This document shows positions 44,961 through 58,229 of a stretch of DNA of 64,000 nt, in pieces. How positions within the stretch are numbered: position 1 is the stretch's first letter; every line of letters begins with the position of its first letter. Under the pieces are notes generated by a model, which ran no database searches, was not told where the DNA came from, and saw only the letters and a list, made by a program, of their open reading frames with translations. A program made the translations under genes and the position numbers. The stretch is from Octopus vulgaris (taxonomy: Eukaryota): the NCBI GenBank assembly GCA_951406725.2, contig OX597840.1, positions 33,232,001 to 33,296,000 on the forward strand. Reading direction: 5' to 3'.

Positions 44961-46647
44961 TTTTTTACAGGTGTATCCTCAGAATTGGTCCGTTCGTGCT
45001 GGCCATGATAATAATTAGCAACGTATTGCATCTTTATGGTCGATCGTACTTCTGCTATAATATTTTCACTATGTCTGAATTTCGCTGAAACACTGACAGG
45101 TCGTTTACAGTATTTTCTGGTGTATAACTCGCGCCGTTGTATAAGACACATCCTGAGAGTGGACAAATTAATTTAACAATTCGAAAATTTCACAAAAGAA
45201 AAATCTAAAATGAAAATAAGGATCACTCTTTACTAGACTGTTGCATTTTTCAGTCGGAAGCATCTCTTAAAATGTATGTTATATGTTGGTACTCCGTCGG
45301 TTGCGACGACGAGTGTTCCAGTTGTTCCAATCAACGGAACAGCCTGCTCGTGAAATTAACGTGCAAGTGGCTGAGCACTCCACAGACACGTTTTTCTTTG
45401 GAATAGAAAAAAGTCTATCTTTATTTCTTCTTTTGCTGGTGTCTCAAATTTAGGTTAAATCAGTGTTTTTCAAAGGGGAGGCCTATGGGACGGTCGGACT
45501 AGTTGTTTTGAGAAAATTTGGTTTAAATGTTTGACAACTCAGCACCTTCCATTAGACGGGGGGTGCTTTGCTCGTAGATACATATGTGTATATACACAAT
45601 GGTCTTCTTTCAGTTTCCATGTACCAAATCCACTAACAAGGCTTTGGTCAGCCTGAGGCCATAGTAGAAGTCACTTGCCCAAAGTGTTATGCAATGGGAC
45701 TGAACCCAGAACCACGTGGTTGGAAAGCAAGCTTTTTTACCACAGGCCACAGCTGTACCTATGTAACAAAATTTTAATCTTTCTTTTTTCTTTGGTCAGT
45801 GTCATTTCCTAGGAGAGGCCTATGGGACGGTCGGACAAATTGTTTTGAGAAAATTTGGTTTAAATGTTTGACAACTCAGCACCGTCCATTGGACGGCGGG
45901 GCATTTTGCTCGTATTTATTATAAAATAAAACTTCTAAACCCGGCGTCTCGTAAAGCGGATCCTCGTAAAGTGAGATATTACTGTATTCAATGTTTCACC
46001 AAACACTAATTGAAAGATGTTTTGGAGGAAATATTATTGTGTGTACGAATACGATTTTGTGACTGGATACTGGAATAAATTATGAAATCATAAAAGTATA
46101 TTAGCCACTTAAATATGGCTAACCCCTAAGGGTGGATGCTACTGTAGCTTGTAGCCCTAGAAGAACATCTCCAGCTGGCTATTGACACACTTTCTGTGCC
46201 CTATCAGTATTTGCAAAGGGAAGCCACCCTTCCCATCGTCGACCTAACGTGATACGCACTGACCTGGGTTTCTGATTATTTACCCGTCGTCAGCGCACAA
46301 CAATCATCAGTCTTCGATACAAAGTGGTCCCAATGCAAATAGATAAACTGTTGTTATACGAGTAAAGCATTTCAATTTACTTTTCTTTGAACTCAACTGA
46401 ATAGCTGCTTATAATTTGATCAAAAGGATGTAAAACGGCAGAATTCCGGTTTAAGCACCCCATTCAACCCCTCATAACTTTTTTTTTTATTTTTGGGGAA
46501 TTTTTAGAAAAGTTTTGCGAATCTGTGTTCTACATACGGAAATTCATACGATTATGAAAACCCCAAAAAATCTTTAATTTTCAAACGTCCCCACCCCTGC
46601 ATAAGTTCTAAAAGTTCCACTCATTTGCGAATTATTTTTTACAAAAC

Positions 46648-47042
46648 CAGTTGAGCATGTCCCTTAGTGGCTGACGATATGTGCATCTCTGGTCACGAGC
46701 AGAAGTAGTGGGGGAGCATCATAGCCATGTGTTGAGAGGGATTCTTTGGGGTTTGAATAATTCACCCCTGGAAACATGGGTGTTTCGTTCAACATCCTTA
46801 AACAACCTTTATTCAGGGACCTTTTGAGCGGGATGGGCTACTCGACCAGAAGAAAATTCTAACTGGGCCCCACCTGCAAGGTCATGTGCTGTTTATCTTG
46901 ATATGAGATCACCATGTCGCGCGCATATGGTTGTGATGCATGTGCCTAGTGTACACTTATCAGACGGGTAGTCATGATGGGTATATTGGGCTTCGTATAT
47001 TTTACCCGTGTCACTTTGATGGCATGCACTGCTCTCTCACTC
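46648..47042 (+). mobile_element. Family E, truncated, running into (AAT)n(GAT)n(CAT)n
   Basis: Reverse-complement homology to 12719-13115. Confidence 0.85.
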
Positions 47043-47204
<162 letters not shown>

Positions 47205-47226
47205 CACCATCACCATCATCATCACC

Positions 47227-47257
<31 letters not shown>

Positions 47258-47348
47258 CCATCATCACCATCATCATCATCACCATCATCACCATCATCAT
47301 TATCATCATCATCATCACCATCACCACCATCATCATCATCATCATCAT

Positions 47349-47380
<32 letters not shown>

Positions 47381-47454
47381 TCTTCATCATCATCACCACC
47401 ATCATCATCACCATCATCATCATTACCATCATCATCATCACCATCATGATCATC

Positions 47455-47486
<32 letters not shown>

Positions 47487-47561
47487 CATCATCACCATAA
47501 CCATTATCATCATCATCATTTATAGAATTGTAAAATTCGGCACTACTTATCAAGTCATCGC

Positions 47562-47630
<69 letters not shown>

Positions 47631-47951
47631 CACACACACATGAACGAAATATTATATTCCAGTGACAGCTCCTGGCACGTCACGTCAAACCCCTGTGTTG
47701 TTGAAATATAATTTGCAGGGGCTCAACCCTGCCTCTACAGTAGCCATCATAAACAACATGGCGGCTATATACACGGGGCCCCAAAAAAACCCCGTCTCCC
47801 CTCGCAATTCCATTGGCTGGGGTACGGGATACATTCCAATCACTCTTCGTACAGCTCCGAATACCCAGCTCAAACCTGACATTCTCTTTCTTTGCCTTCA
47901 ACAAGTCACACACGATGTGGAATGGGGGATATGTATACTCACGTGCATACA

Positions 47952-47985
<34 letters not shown>

Positions 47986-48011
47986 CATACATACATACAT
48001 GCACACCCACC

Positions 48012-48053
<42 letters not shown>

Positions 48054-48369
48054 TAGTGTAATAAATAAAATATATGCATACATACAAACATATATGTACG
48101 TACCTACACCTACATGGATATATACATGCACATATAAATATATATATACACGTGAGTACAGGACACCACAACCAGACGCAGAACTCAACGAGAAACGAAA
48201 ACGGAAAAACCATTTTTTTACAACAGAAAAAACAGAGTACAGGACATACTACACAAGGAAAAACCCCCTATCATCAGCTGTCACTAGTTCGGCTCCAGCG
48301 TGTTTCGAATATATATATATATATATGCATCATACATTCATATATATGTGTGTATATATATATATAGAT

Positions 48370-48770
48370 AGGCGCAGGAATGGGTGTGTGGTAAGTAGCT
48401 TGCTTACCAGCCACATGGTTCCGGGTTCAGTCCCACTGCGTGGCACCTTGGGCAAGTGTCTTCTACTATAGCCTCAGGCCGACCAAAGCCTTGTGAGTGG
48501 ATTTGGTAGACGGAAACTGAAAGAAGCCCGTCGTATATATGTATATATATATATATGTGTATGTGTGTGTATATGTTTGTGTATCTGTGTCCCCCCAACA
48601 TCGCTTGACAACCGATGTTGGTGTGGTTACGTCCCCGTAACTTAGCGGTTCGGCAAAAGAGACCGATAGAATAAGTACTAGGCTTACAAAGAATAAGTCC
48701 TGGGTTCGATTTGCTCGACTATAGGCGGTGCTCCAGCATGGCCGCAGTCAAATGCCTGAAACAAGTAAAA
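48370..48770 (+). mobile_element. SINE family C, full length
   Basis: Homology to 21141-21520. Confidence 0.9.
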
Positions 48771-48987
48771 TCGTATATATAAACAAATTTTAAAATAGTG
48801 TGCAATTAAACACAAAAGAAAACTACCCTTTAACATGCTAGAAATAGCAGCCAACACGGCCAAAACCATATATATATATGTCTGTGTGTGTAGGGATGAG
48901 TTCTGCCCACGACTCTTTCAGCACCGGCACAAACATCAGCTGAGGAGATAGATAGATAGATAGATAGACAGATAGATAGATAGATAT

Positions 48988-49082
<95 letters not shown>

Positions 49083-49780
49083 TGTTTCTTTATTAGCCAC
49101 ACAGGGCTGAACATAGACGAGACAAATTACAAAGTAGACCATTTCTTTTTGGGGAGAAAAAAAGGTGGGGCTAGGTTTTCAATCAAAAGGGGTCGTAAAA
49201 AGGAAAGAAAAAAAAATAATAAACGATTAATAGGTATCGTGTATCACAGAAATATCATGAAGTAAAGTGTAAAGAGGGAAGCAGATAAGGTTTACCTGTG
49301 GAAAGAAAAGCCTACGGAAAAGACGACGGTAACCTCGGTCAATATTGTCACATGTTAACACATTTATTTGCAAATAAGTAACTCTTTTTTAAAAAATTTT
49401 TCCGGGTTCATAGAATTATGCTCAAGGTGGCTTCGTCATTCATATTTGCCATCCTTGCTACATTCACACATCTTTTTTTAAAATATTCGCTAGACAAAAC
49501 TTGCCTCTCTACTCTCACCTTCCTTTTCAAGTGATACTTGAAGAAGTTGATGAGAGATTGACCAGGGAGGAAAGTGTTTGTCTCCAATCCTTTCAGACGC
49601 GTCCGCCAGATACATTCTTTCGCCATAGCCACAAGGATGATGAAAATAGTTCTTCCTTCTCGTTTGAAGGAAGGAGGCGTGACAATATTGACGATAGACT
49701 CGGTTGATGAACCGGCTCGTCCACACGTGACAGCAGTCGTTCGACATAAGCCCACAGGTCGGAAATGGTTGGACACTGCA
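49083..49780 (-). mobile_element. 3' end of a Tx1/L1-clade LINE (ORF2 C-terminus and 3' UTR)
   Basis: LVAMAKECIWRTRLKG C-terminal motif, stop at 49408, AATAAA next to (GATA)n. Confidence 0.7.
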
Positions 49781-49914
49781 CGAGTCTACCAAATCCAGTC
49801 ACGAGGATTTGATCATCTCTTAACTATGGTAAAATGGTTGAAGATACTTGCTCAAGATGCCACACAATGAGACCCGAAACAATGCGTTTGGAGTTCAGTC
49901 CCATCGCTTTCCAC

Positions 49915-50270
49915 CGGAAATGCAAATTCTCAGCTAATCCCTTAAAAGCATTAAGTCGTATAAACAGCCACCGGCTTCCGGCAGCTGGTCTCTTCTGGCG
50001 AATCATTTGTGTCAGATGTTCATTCTGAGATGGCTGACGTTTTCTGTGTTGCCGTGTTTTTCTACAATCTTCTTCTTTTCCCAACTCACATCGTCTTCTC
50101 GCCTTTGAGGAAAATTTCATTTCCATCTCAAGATCTGACGTCATATCTTTGGCTTCCTTCAAGAATCTGTTCCATTTGTTTTATAACTTCTTTAAATATA
50201 CAAGGAGAGGTTTCAATGTTAGCTAACGCCATATTACATACTGGAGTTGCTCCTCTAGCATTCTATCCTT
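49915..50270 (-). pseudogene. Possible hAT transposase relic
   Basis: LKEAKDMTSDLEMEMKF..RRR and IRLNAFKGLAENLHF resemble hAT C-terminal regions; from memory only. Confidence 0.35.
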
Positions 50271-50374
50271 AGAAGGGGAGAGTCATCAAAAAAATAAATA
50301 AAATGGTGTGGCGGAATTGTGTTGCCGCGAATTGAACTGTCTTCCTTCGTTCTTGTTCTCTGCTCTGTCTTTCT

Positions 50375-50592
50375 CTCTTTACTCTTTTACTCTTTTACTT
50401 GTTTCAGTCATTTGACTGCGGCCATGCTGGAGCACCGCCTTTAGTCGAGCAAATCGACCCCGGGACTTATTCTTTTGTAAGCCCAGTACTTATTCTATCG
50501 GTTTCTTTTGCCGAACCGCTAAGTAACGGGGACATAAACACACCAGCATCGGTTGTCAAGCAATGCTAGGGGGGACAAACGCAGACACACAA

Positions 50593-50629
<37 letters not shown>

Positions 50630-50800
50630 CATATATACGACAGGCTTCTTTCAGTTTCCGTCTACCAAATCCACTCACAAGGCATTGGTCCGCCCGGGGC
50701 TATAGCAGAAGACACTTGCCCAAGATGCCACGCAGTGGGACTGAACCCGGAACCATGTGGTTGGTTAGCAAGCTACTTACCACACAGCCACTCCTGCGCC
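50375..50800 (-). mobile_element. SINE family C, full length
   Basis: Homology to 21141-21520. Confidence 0.9.
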
Positions 50801-50878
50801 TGTTATTTTTTTATTGAATTTTTATTTGGAACATTTGAACTTTGTGCTGAACTTTTTTCTTTCTTTGTTTTTGCAAGC

Positions 50879-51593
50879 ATGGCAACAAAGAAAAACACTG
50901 CATTGGAATGGGAAATTATGCCCCCCAAGCAGTAGGTAAAGAACTTTGATGAGAGAAGGGTAGTGTTGAGGACATATTCCAAGTCTCTTGACACCATCAC
51001 TGTGTTCCCCCAGGTCGATATAGAGAAAGAATTAGCAGAATGCCTGCCAAATATTAAATTTATTGCAAGGGGTGTCAAATTTGCAACAGTGTGGCTGCTA
51101 TTTGACACCCCTGGGGAGGGGAAACATTTTGTTTCTTCCCACATATTGTGGGAGGAAATTGACAAGAGCCAGCATGTGTGGGATGCCATCCGGAATAGAG
51201 ACTGAGAGGATAGAGGACACTATCCGCCGGGGTCTGGGTGGCAGCGGAGCCAGACTCTTGAATGTTAAAATACTTCCTGCGGCTGATTGGGTGGGGTCGA
51301 AAGCAATTTTGACCCTATGGACCCAATCAGTCAAAGATCTGGTTTTTCCAGATTTCCTAAAGATGGCCGGTTCTAGGTATCCGGTGATTCTTGAGAAACG
51401 ACACCACCCCAAGTGTCACCTGTGCCTGAAATCGGGTCACATAGAGAAGAACTGCTCCAGGAACCAAGCAAGGGCACTGGAACAGTTAATAGAAGATCTC
51501 CCTGTTCCCCCAAGGAAACACAGGAATGTCCAAAGGAACAGGAAAAAAGAGAAAAAGAATCGCCAGCAGTCCACTTGTAGTTACATTATTTAA
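50879..51593 (+). pseudogene. LINE ORF1 (gag-like) relic, probably Tx1/L1
   Basis: CCHC knuckle CHLCLKSGHIEKNC followed by a basic tail; stop codon and frameshift upstream. Confidence 0.65.
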
Positions 51594-51932
51594 ATGACCG
51601 GAAGTGAAAGGACAAAGAAAAGGGCTTTCTGGGCCTGGAGAGTGTGAAGAATAGTTGGTATCTGTGTGTATGTGTGTGTGTAGTGGCATCTGTGTGTGAT
51701 AGCATGTGTGTATGTGGCAGTAACTGCGTGTCTGTGTGCATGTGTGCATTTGTGCGTGGTGTATGTGTGCGTGTGGTGGTAACTGTGTGAATGATGTCGT
51801 AGTGAGAGATCAGCAGTTATATATGCTGATAATACTGTTACCAACATTAACACCAGCATGCACATCTAACAGTGTGCAGTCGATGCAGCTGAATGATGCG
51901 TAGTTCCATGTACATATGCATGCATGTATGTA

Positions 51933-51963
<31 letters not shown>

Positions 51964-52091
51964 GTACATATAAATGTATATAAACATATAAATGTGCATA
52001 TGTATAGATACATAAAGTCAATCCAAACATGAAAACACAAAGAGAAACCACAACAACGCGAGGACGTGGAACAAGTATAGAGTTAAGGAGG

Positions 52092-52126
52092 GTTTAACGT
52101 TTCGAGTGGAGCTCTTCGTCAGAAAC
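52092..52126 (-). ncRNA. Minimal hammerhead in family F copy 52015-52192
   Basis: rc: GTTT-CTGACGA-A-GAGCTCCACTC-GAAAC-GTT-AAAC. Confidence 0.7.
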
Positions 52127-52189
52127 ATAGGAAAAGGAAATATCCAGAGAAGGGAAGACGGAGGAAAAAAATCGCCAACGATACACATG

Positions 52190-52286
<97 letters not shown>

Positions 52287-52397
52287 AATCAAACATTAAC
52301 AGTTAACAACATAACAGTAACAAATAACAAAACAGCAAAAGACGTACGCATGGATTGTATTAGCTTGTCCTCAGTAAAGGTTGGAAAAAGAGTAGGT

Positions 52398-52432
52398 TTT
52401 TAACGTTTCGGGCATAACACTTCGTCAGAAAG
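52398..52432 (-). ncRNA. Minimal hammerhead in an F-related copy
   Basis: rc: CTTT-CTGACGA-A-GTGT tat GCCC-GAAAC-GTT-AAAA. Confidence 0.55.
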
Positions 52433-52634
52433 AAGAGAATAGAAAGGTCCGAAGAAGAACCTATCTTGTACATATGTGTGTTTTGTATTATATGCATGCA
52501 TATACTTGGATTATATTAAAATAAATATATATATATTGTATAAATATATATATATATTCAAAATATGACTGCGTGTGTACCGTCGGCGATTTTTTCCCTC
52601 TGTCTTCCCTTCTCTAGATCTTTCCTTCTCCTAT

Positions 52635-52669
52635 GTTTCCGACGAAGAGCTCCGCTCGAAACGTTAAAC
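52635..52669 (+). ncRNA. Minimal hammerhead (U4C) in family F copy 52565-52772
   Basis: GTTT-CCGACGA-A-GAGC tcc GCTC-GAAAC-GTT-AAAC. Confidence 0.7.
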
Positions 52670-53306
52670 CCTCCTTCTTTCCTTCTTTTCTGAGCGTCCA
52701 ATAATACTATATTTGTTCCACGTCCTCGCGTTGTTGTGTTTTTTTTGGGGGGCTTTCTTGTTTGGATTAACTATATGTATATGTATATATACATATTTAA
52801 ATATATATGTAATAATAGATATATGTATATTACATACACACACGCAGATACAAACACACAGGCATATATGTATATATGTATGTATATATATATGTATGTA
52901 CGTACGTATGTATGTATATATGTATGTATGTTTAGGCGCATTTTAGTTTTTTTCTGCATCTGTGCCAACATCTGGTGCAGTTGAGAAATATACATGTATA
53001 TACATACATATACATACATGCATATACATATATATGTGTGTGTGTGAGTGTGTGTATGTATGTATTTATTAATGTATATAAGTATGTGTGTGTGCATGTT
53101 TGTGTATATGTGTATATATGTGCATTAATGCGTGCGATTTGAAGACGGTTCCCCTCATTTGTCTGTGTCAGAGGTGAGGGTGTGTGGCGGGGGGGGGCAA
53201 GAGGTGCGGGAGCTGGGGGTGGGCCATGTGTTGTGAATGAGGAGAGAAGGAGATAAGACAGAAGTCATTCATGCGGGGTAGGTGTGTGCAGATGTACCCG
53301 TATCTG

Positions 53307-53343
<37 letters not shown>

Positions 53344-53376
53344 ATGTGTGTGTGTGTGTGTGTGTGCGTGTGTGTG

Positions 53377-53431
<55 letters not shown>

Positions 53432-54229
53432 AAGCTGCGAAAATGTCGAAGCCATGTGGCATGGAGAAGTTTAAGCAGATATACAGAAAGAGAGAAAGAG
53501 AGAGAGAGAGAGAGAGAGTTTGTATGTGAGAGAGAGGGGGGATAAGAGAGAAAGAAAGAGAGGGTTGAGGGTGAGAGTGAGAGCGAGGGTGGGGGGTGAA
53601 GTGAAGGCGACGATGAGGTTGAAGGTGAGTGTGAAAGTGTGAGGAGGGAGGGTGCGAGTGTTAGGATGATATAGTGACGCAGGGGAGTGATGTTGGCGGC
53701 GGCACCTGCGGTGGTGCCGGTGGTGTTGTCGGTGGTGGTGGTGGCGGCGGCGGTGGTGGTGGTGGTGGCGGTGGGGGTGGTGGTGGTGGTGGTCGTCGTC
53801 GTGGTCGTGGTGTCGGTGGTGGTGGTGGTGGTCGTGGTCGTGGTGGTGGCGGTGGTGGTGGCGGTGGTGGTGGTGGTGGTGGTGGTGGCGGCGGTGGTAG
53901 TGGTGGTGGTGGTGGTGGTGGTGGTGGTGATGGTGGTGGTGGTGGTGGTGGTGGTGGTGGTGGTGGTGGTGGTGGTGGTGGTGGTGGTGGTGTTGACGAC
54001 GAGGCGTGAATCTGGGAGGAGATGCGTAAAGGGCGAAACCATTTATGCGGGATGGGGGGGAGCTGCGGTGTGGAGAAGAGGCACATTCTAAAATATCGTT
54101 GAGATAAGGCAGGGGTGGGTGGTGGTGGTGGTGGTGGTGGAGTCGAAAGATTTCGTTTTGAAGAAGCCATGTGAGATGCTGCCGAGGGAAGAGAAGAGAG
54201 AAAGAGAGAGAGACACACACACACACAGA

Positions 54230-54662
54230 GAGAATAGAGAAAAGGAAAGAGAGAGAGAAAGAAAGAAAGAAAGAAGGAAAGAAGGAAAGAAGGAAGGAAG
54301 GAAAGAAGGAAGGAAGGAAGGAAGGAAAGAAAGAAAGATAGATAGAAAGAAAGAAAGAAAGAAAGAAAGGAAGGAAGAAAGAAGGAAGGAAGGAAGGAAG
54401 AAAGAAAGGAAGAAAGGAAGGAAGGAAGAAAGGAAGGAAGAAAGAAAGGAAGGAAGGAAAGAAAGGAAGGAAGGAAGGAAGGAAGGAAAGAAAGATAGAT
54501 AGAAAGAAAGAAAGAAAGAAATGAAGAAAGAAGGAAGGAAGAAAGAAAGAAAGAAAGAAAGAAAGGAAGGAAGGAAGGAAGGAAGGAAGGAAGAAGGAAA
54601 GAAAGAAAGAAAGGAAGGAAGGAACAAAGGAAGGAAGAAAGGAAGGAAAGAAAAGAAGGAAG
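54230..54662. repeat. (GAAA/GAAG)n polypurine tract
   Basis: About 430 bp of almost pure purine. Confidence 0.95.
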
Positions 54663-55554
54663 GGGGACATCGACAAAAGAGGTTGGGAAAGATGAGGAGA
54701 GGCGGTGCGGTGCGATGAGGCGACGGCGGCGGAAGCAGTGAATATATTATTTTGTAGTTGAGAGAAGGGAATGGTAAGAATCCGGAAAGGAGTCGAAGAA
54801 CCGGCTCTGTGGAATCAAAATGGAAAGGGGCCCTTAGTAGCAAGCAAGGGACCAGGGATTAGGGATTAGGTACCCTTATGTTGGCTGCTGCTGTTGTTGT
54901 TGTTGTTGTTGTTGTTTCGTCTCTTGTCGTGCTGGATATACTCTTTTACTCTTTTACTTGTTTCAGTCATTTGACTGTGGCCATGCTGGAGCACCGCCTT
55001 TAGTCGATCAAATCGACCCCAGGACTTATTCTTTTGTAAGCCCAGTACTTATTCTATCGGTCTCTTTTTGCCGAACCGCTAAGTTATGGGGACGTAAACA
55101 CACCAACATCGGTTGTCAAGCGATGTTGGGGGGACAAACACAGACACACAAACACACACATACGTATATATATATATACTGAACCCGGAACCATGTGGTT
55201 GGTAAACAAGCTACTTACCACACAGCCACTCCTGCGCCTATTTTTGTAGCTTTTTATTTTTTTTGTTATTCTTTCACTTGGTTTCAGTCATGTTGGATTG
55301 TGGCCATGCTGGAGCACCGCATCAAAGGATTTTTTTTTTCTTTAATCGAACAAGTCGGCCCCTAGTCCTTATTATTATGACACACCCGTTATTTCGTCCG
55401 TCTTTATGTTCTAAGTTCAAATTACGCCAAAGTTGACTTCGCCTTTCATCCTTCCGGGGTCGATAAATTATGTACCAGTGAAACATTGGGGGAAGGGTCA
55501 ATGTAATTGATTAGTCCCTTCCGACCAAATTTCAGACCTTGAACCAATTAGTAG

Positions 55555-56060
55555 TAAAATATACGAAGCCCAGTATACCCATCATGACTACACGTCTGAT
55601 AAGGGTACACCAGGAACATGCATCACAACCATATGTGCGCGACATGGTGATCTCATATCAAGATAAACAGCACATGACCTTGCAGGTGGGAACCAGTTAG
55701 AATTTTCTTCTGGTTGAGTAACCCATCCCGCTCAAAAGGTCCCTCCCTGAATAAGGGTTGTTTAATGATGTTGAACGAAACACCCATGTTTCCAGAGGTG
55801 AATTATACAAACCCCAAAGAATCCCTCTGAACACATTGCTATGATGCTCCCCCACTACTTCTGCTCGTGATCAGAGATGCACATATCGTCAGCCACTAAG
55901 GGACATGCTCAACTGGTTAAGGTCAAACAACTGACAAGCAAATCCGTGGTATTGAGCAGAATATTTTCTGTAGCCCTTCTTTTATACCAAGACAAATGTA
56001 CATGATAACACTTCCAATCAGTTAAGATCAGAAGCCATGAGAGCTACTGCCTGGTACTGT
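55555..56060 (-). mobile_element. Family E copy
   Basis: Homology to 12757-13265; followed by (ATT)n. Confidence 0.85.
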
Positions 56061-56414
56061 ATTATTATTATTATTATTATTATTAGGTATTTCTGTTTAT
56101 TTAGAAAGCTACAATTATCAGGTCACGTCACAGACGCTAAACTATAAATTTCACAGGGTACAACCTTAAAGTTGACACTGCTCCACTAAATGCAGAAAAT
56201 TTCTGTCTTGCTTTTGGCTATAAATATACAATTTTTCGATATTTAAACCTTTAACTTTTCCCTCCAAGTTTTTTCTCCACAACATCATACCTTCTTAGCA
56301 ATTAGACTGGAAAACTTTATTATTATAACCGATTTTCAGATTTTTTACTGTCTTTCAGAAAAACGCATATTTTGCGAATGGAAAAAAAAAATAGATCTTT
56401 ACTGACTGGTGGAG

Positions 56415-56960
56415 CCTTGTCGAATAGTTGTTGTCGCGTGTAGGACGGATCCGGTTATCAGCTGAGTCCATCGTGGAGATCGCCCCGCCGCCTTCTTTTG
56501 GCCGGGAAGGAAAGGCAGTTTTCCTCTGTCTGGTGATTATGGCGAAGGAGGTAGTGTGGTGGACGAGGTTGAAGGGACAGAAGACAGATACTTTCCTCAT
56601 CGGCCAAGCCTTCATCGGCCAAGCCTTCATCGGCCAAGCCCTCATCGGCCAAGCCCTCATCGGCCAAGCCCTCATCGGCCAAGCCTTCATCGGCCAAGCC
56701 CTCATTGGCCAAGCCCTCATCGGCCAAGCCTTCATCGGCCAAGCCCTCATCGGCCAAGCCCTCATCGGCCAAGCCCTCATCGGCCAAGCCCTCATCGGCC
56801 AAGCCCTCATCGGCCAAGCCCTCATCGGCCAAGTCCTCATCGGCCAAGCCCTCAAAGACCAAGCCCTCATTTCAAGTTCCACTTGAAATGGATTGTGAGT
56901 TTGGAGAGGGAAGTTTTGCCCCCACCCCCAGGAAGGTGAGTGAATGTGGTGAGGATGGCT
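56415..56960 (+). mobile_element. Tx1/L1 ORF2 C-terminal fragment containing a minisatellite
   Basis: PPPSFGREGKAVFLCLVIMAKEVVWWTRLKG aligns with PPSFKREGRTIFIILVAMAKECIWRTRLKG at 49408-49776. Confidence 0.75.
56596..56870 (+). repeat. 15-bp minisatellite (CTCATCGGCCAAGCC) x ~18
   Basis: 17 near-perfect units at 56596-56850 plus one degenerate unit. Confidence 0.97.
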
Positions 56961-57495
56961 CATGTGAATGAGCCTGCTATGAATATTCGTCTGTAAACTG
57001 GAGAAGTTGAGAAGCAGAGAGACACCTGCTGAGGTGCACCTGGCCCTCGGGATAACCAGGATGTGTAGGGTTCCTCGGTTGCCCCTGACAGAATCGTTAG
57101 CTGGACGCAATGTTTAGCGTTATTTCATCCGTCCTTACGTTCTAAGTTCAAATTCTGCCGAGGTCGACTTTGCCTTTCAGCGTTTTGGGGTCGGTAAATT
57201 AAGTGCCAGTTAAGTACTGGGGACGAAGTAATCGACTATTCCCCTCCCCGAAATTTCCAGCCCTATGTCTATAATAGAAAGGATTGTTCACCTGGAGTGT
57301 CAGCAAGTGCTCACAGCTTTCTGCCAATCGCGTAACGCGGTCGGTGAAAGTTCCACTATGAAGTTCTATAGGGGATTAGAGTAAGTCATGGGATCGATTT
57401 GCTCGACTAAAGGCGGTGCTCCAGCATGGCCACAGTCAAATGACTGAAACATGTAAAAAAGTAAAAGATATATATATATATATATACATTTATGA

Positions 57496-57584
<89 letters not shown>

Positions 57585-57587
<3 letters not shown>

Positions 57588-57827
57588 GGCTTCGCTAGGT
57601 ATGTTGGTTGTTTGTTTAATTATGATGTGTTCAGAATCGGTTCTACTGATGAACATAGACGTATTTGATGCGTTAATTGTGAAATCACAGGTGATATAGA
57701 ACTAAATTCAGTTTTTTAAATGTCTTGCTTCGAAAACTGCATTAGGTATGATTAGTTAAATTTTGGTAGTAATGACTTATGTCCGTCTTAGCGTGAGGCA
57801 TTTATGTGTAATAATGCCCTCTATAGA

Positions 57828-57835
<8 letters not shown>
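57585..57835 (+). mobile_element. Diverged copy of the 7726-8514 family with HHR at 57639-57703
   Basis: GGTTCTA-CTGATGA-ACA..GACGTA tttga TGCGTT..TGT-GAAA-TCA cagg TGAT-A-TAGAACT; (TA)n flanks. Confidence 0.85.
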
Positions 57836-57864
<29 letters not shown>

Positions 57865-57865
<1 letters not shown>

Positions 57866-58178
57866 AAAGGGCTTAGTAAAATAAATTACTTTGCCACATA
57901 CTGAACTCATTAGAAATAGCAGCCAAAAAAACTTTTTTAAAACTATTTCTAATACTTAAAGAAAATCTCTCTCATATAGTGCTTGCTCAATTCAACTCAC
58001 GAAAGTATGGGGGTAAAGACATTAAAAAATCAAATGCAAAGGTTATTTGAGAACGTACGTTTCAAGATTAGTCAAACTCGACATTTCTATCATCAGCTCA
58101 GAACTCCTTGGTTTGGATTTGAAAACACTGAAAGTGGGAGCATACCCTTTCGGCTTCCTATCGCTTCTGAAGATGTTG

Positions 58179-58180
<2 letters not shown>
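57865..58180 (-). mobile_element. Diverged copy of the 43150-43941 family with HHR at 58047-58101
   Basis: rc: TGAG-CTGATGA-TAGA..GTCG agtt TGAC..TCTT-GAAA-CGTACGT-T-CTCA. Confidence 0.8.

Positions 58181-58229
<49 letters not shown>

Noticed and set aside
45105-45990. Tc2/pogo-like TIR fragments at ~45107 and ~45940-45987
   Set aside because: Single ends with no matching partner TIR identified
47662-47945. Unique-sequence start of the 269-aa ORF as a host exon
   Set aside because: No recognisable domain; the ORF continues through microsatellite and SINE sequence
54854-54870. Telomere-like ttaggg repeats
   Set aside because: Only two imperfect units
56596-56870. Pentapeptide-repeat protein or CRISPR-like array
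   Set aside because: Head-to-tail 15-mers with no spacers, inside a decayed LINE fragment
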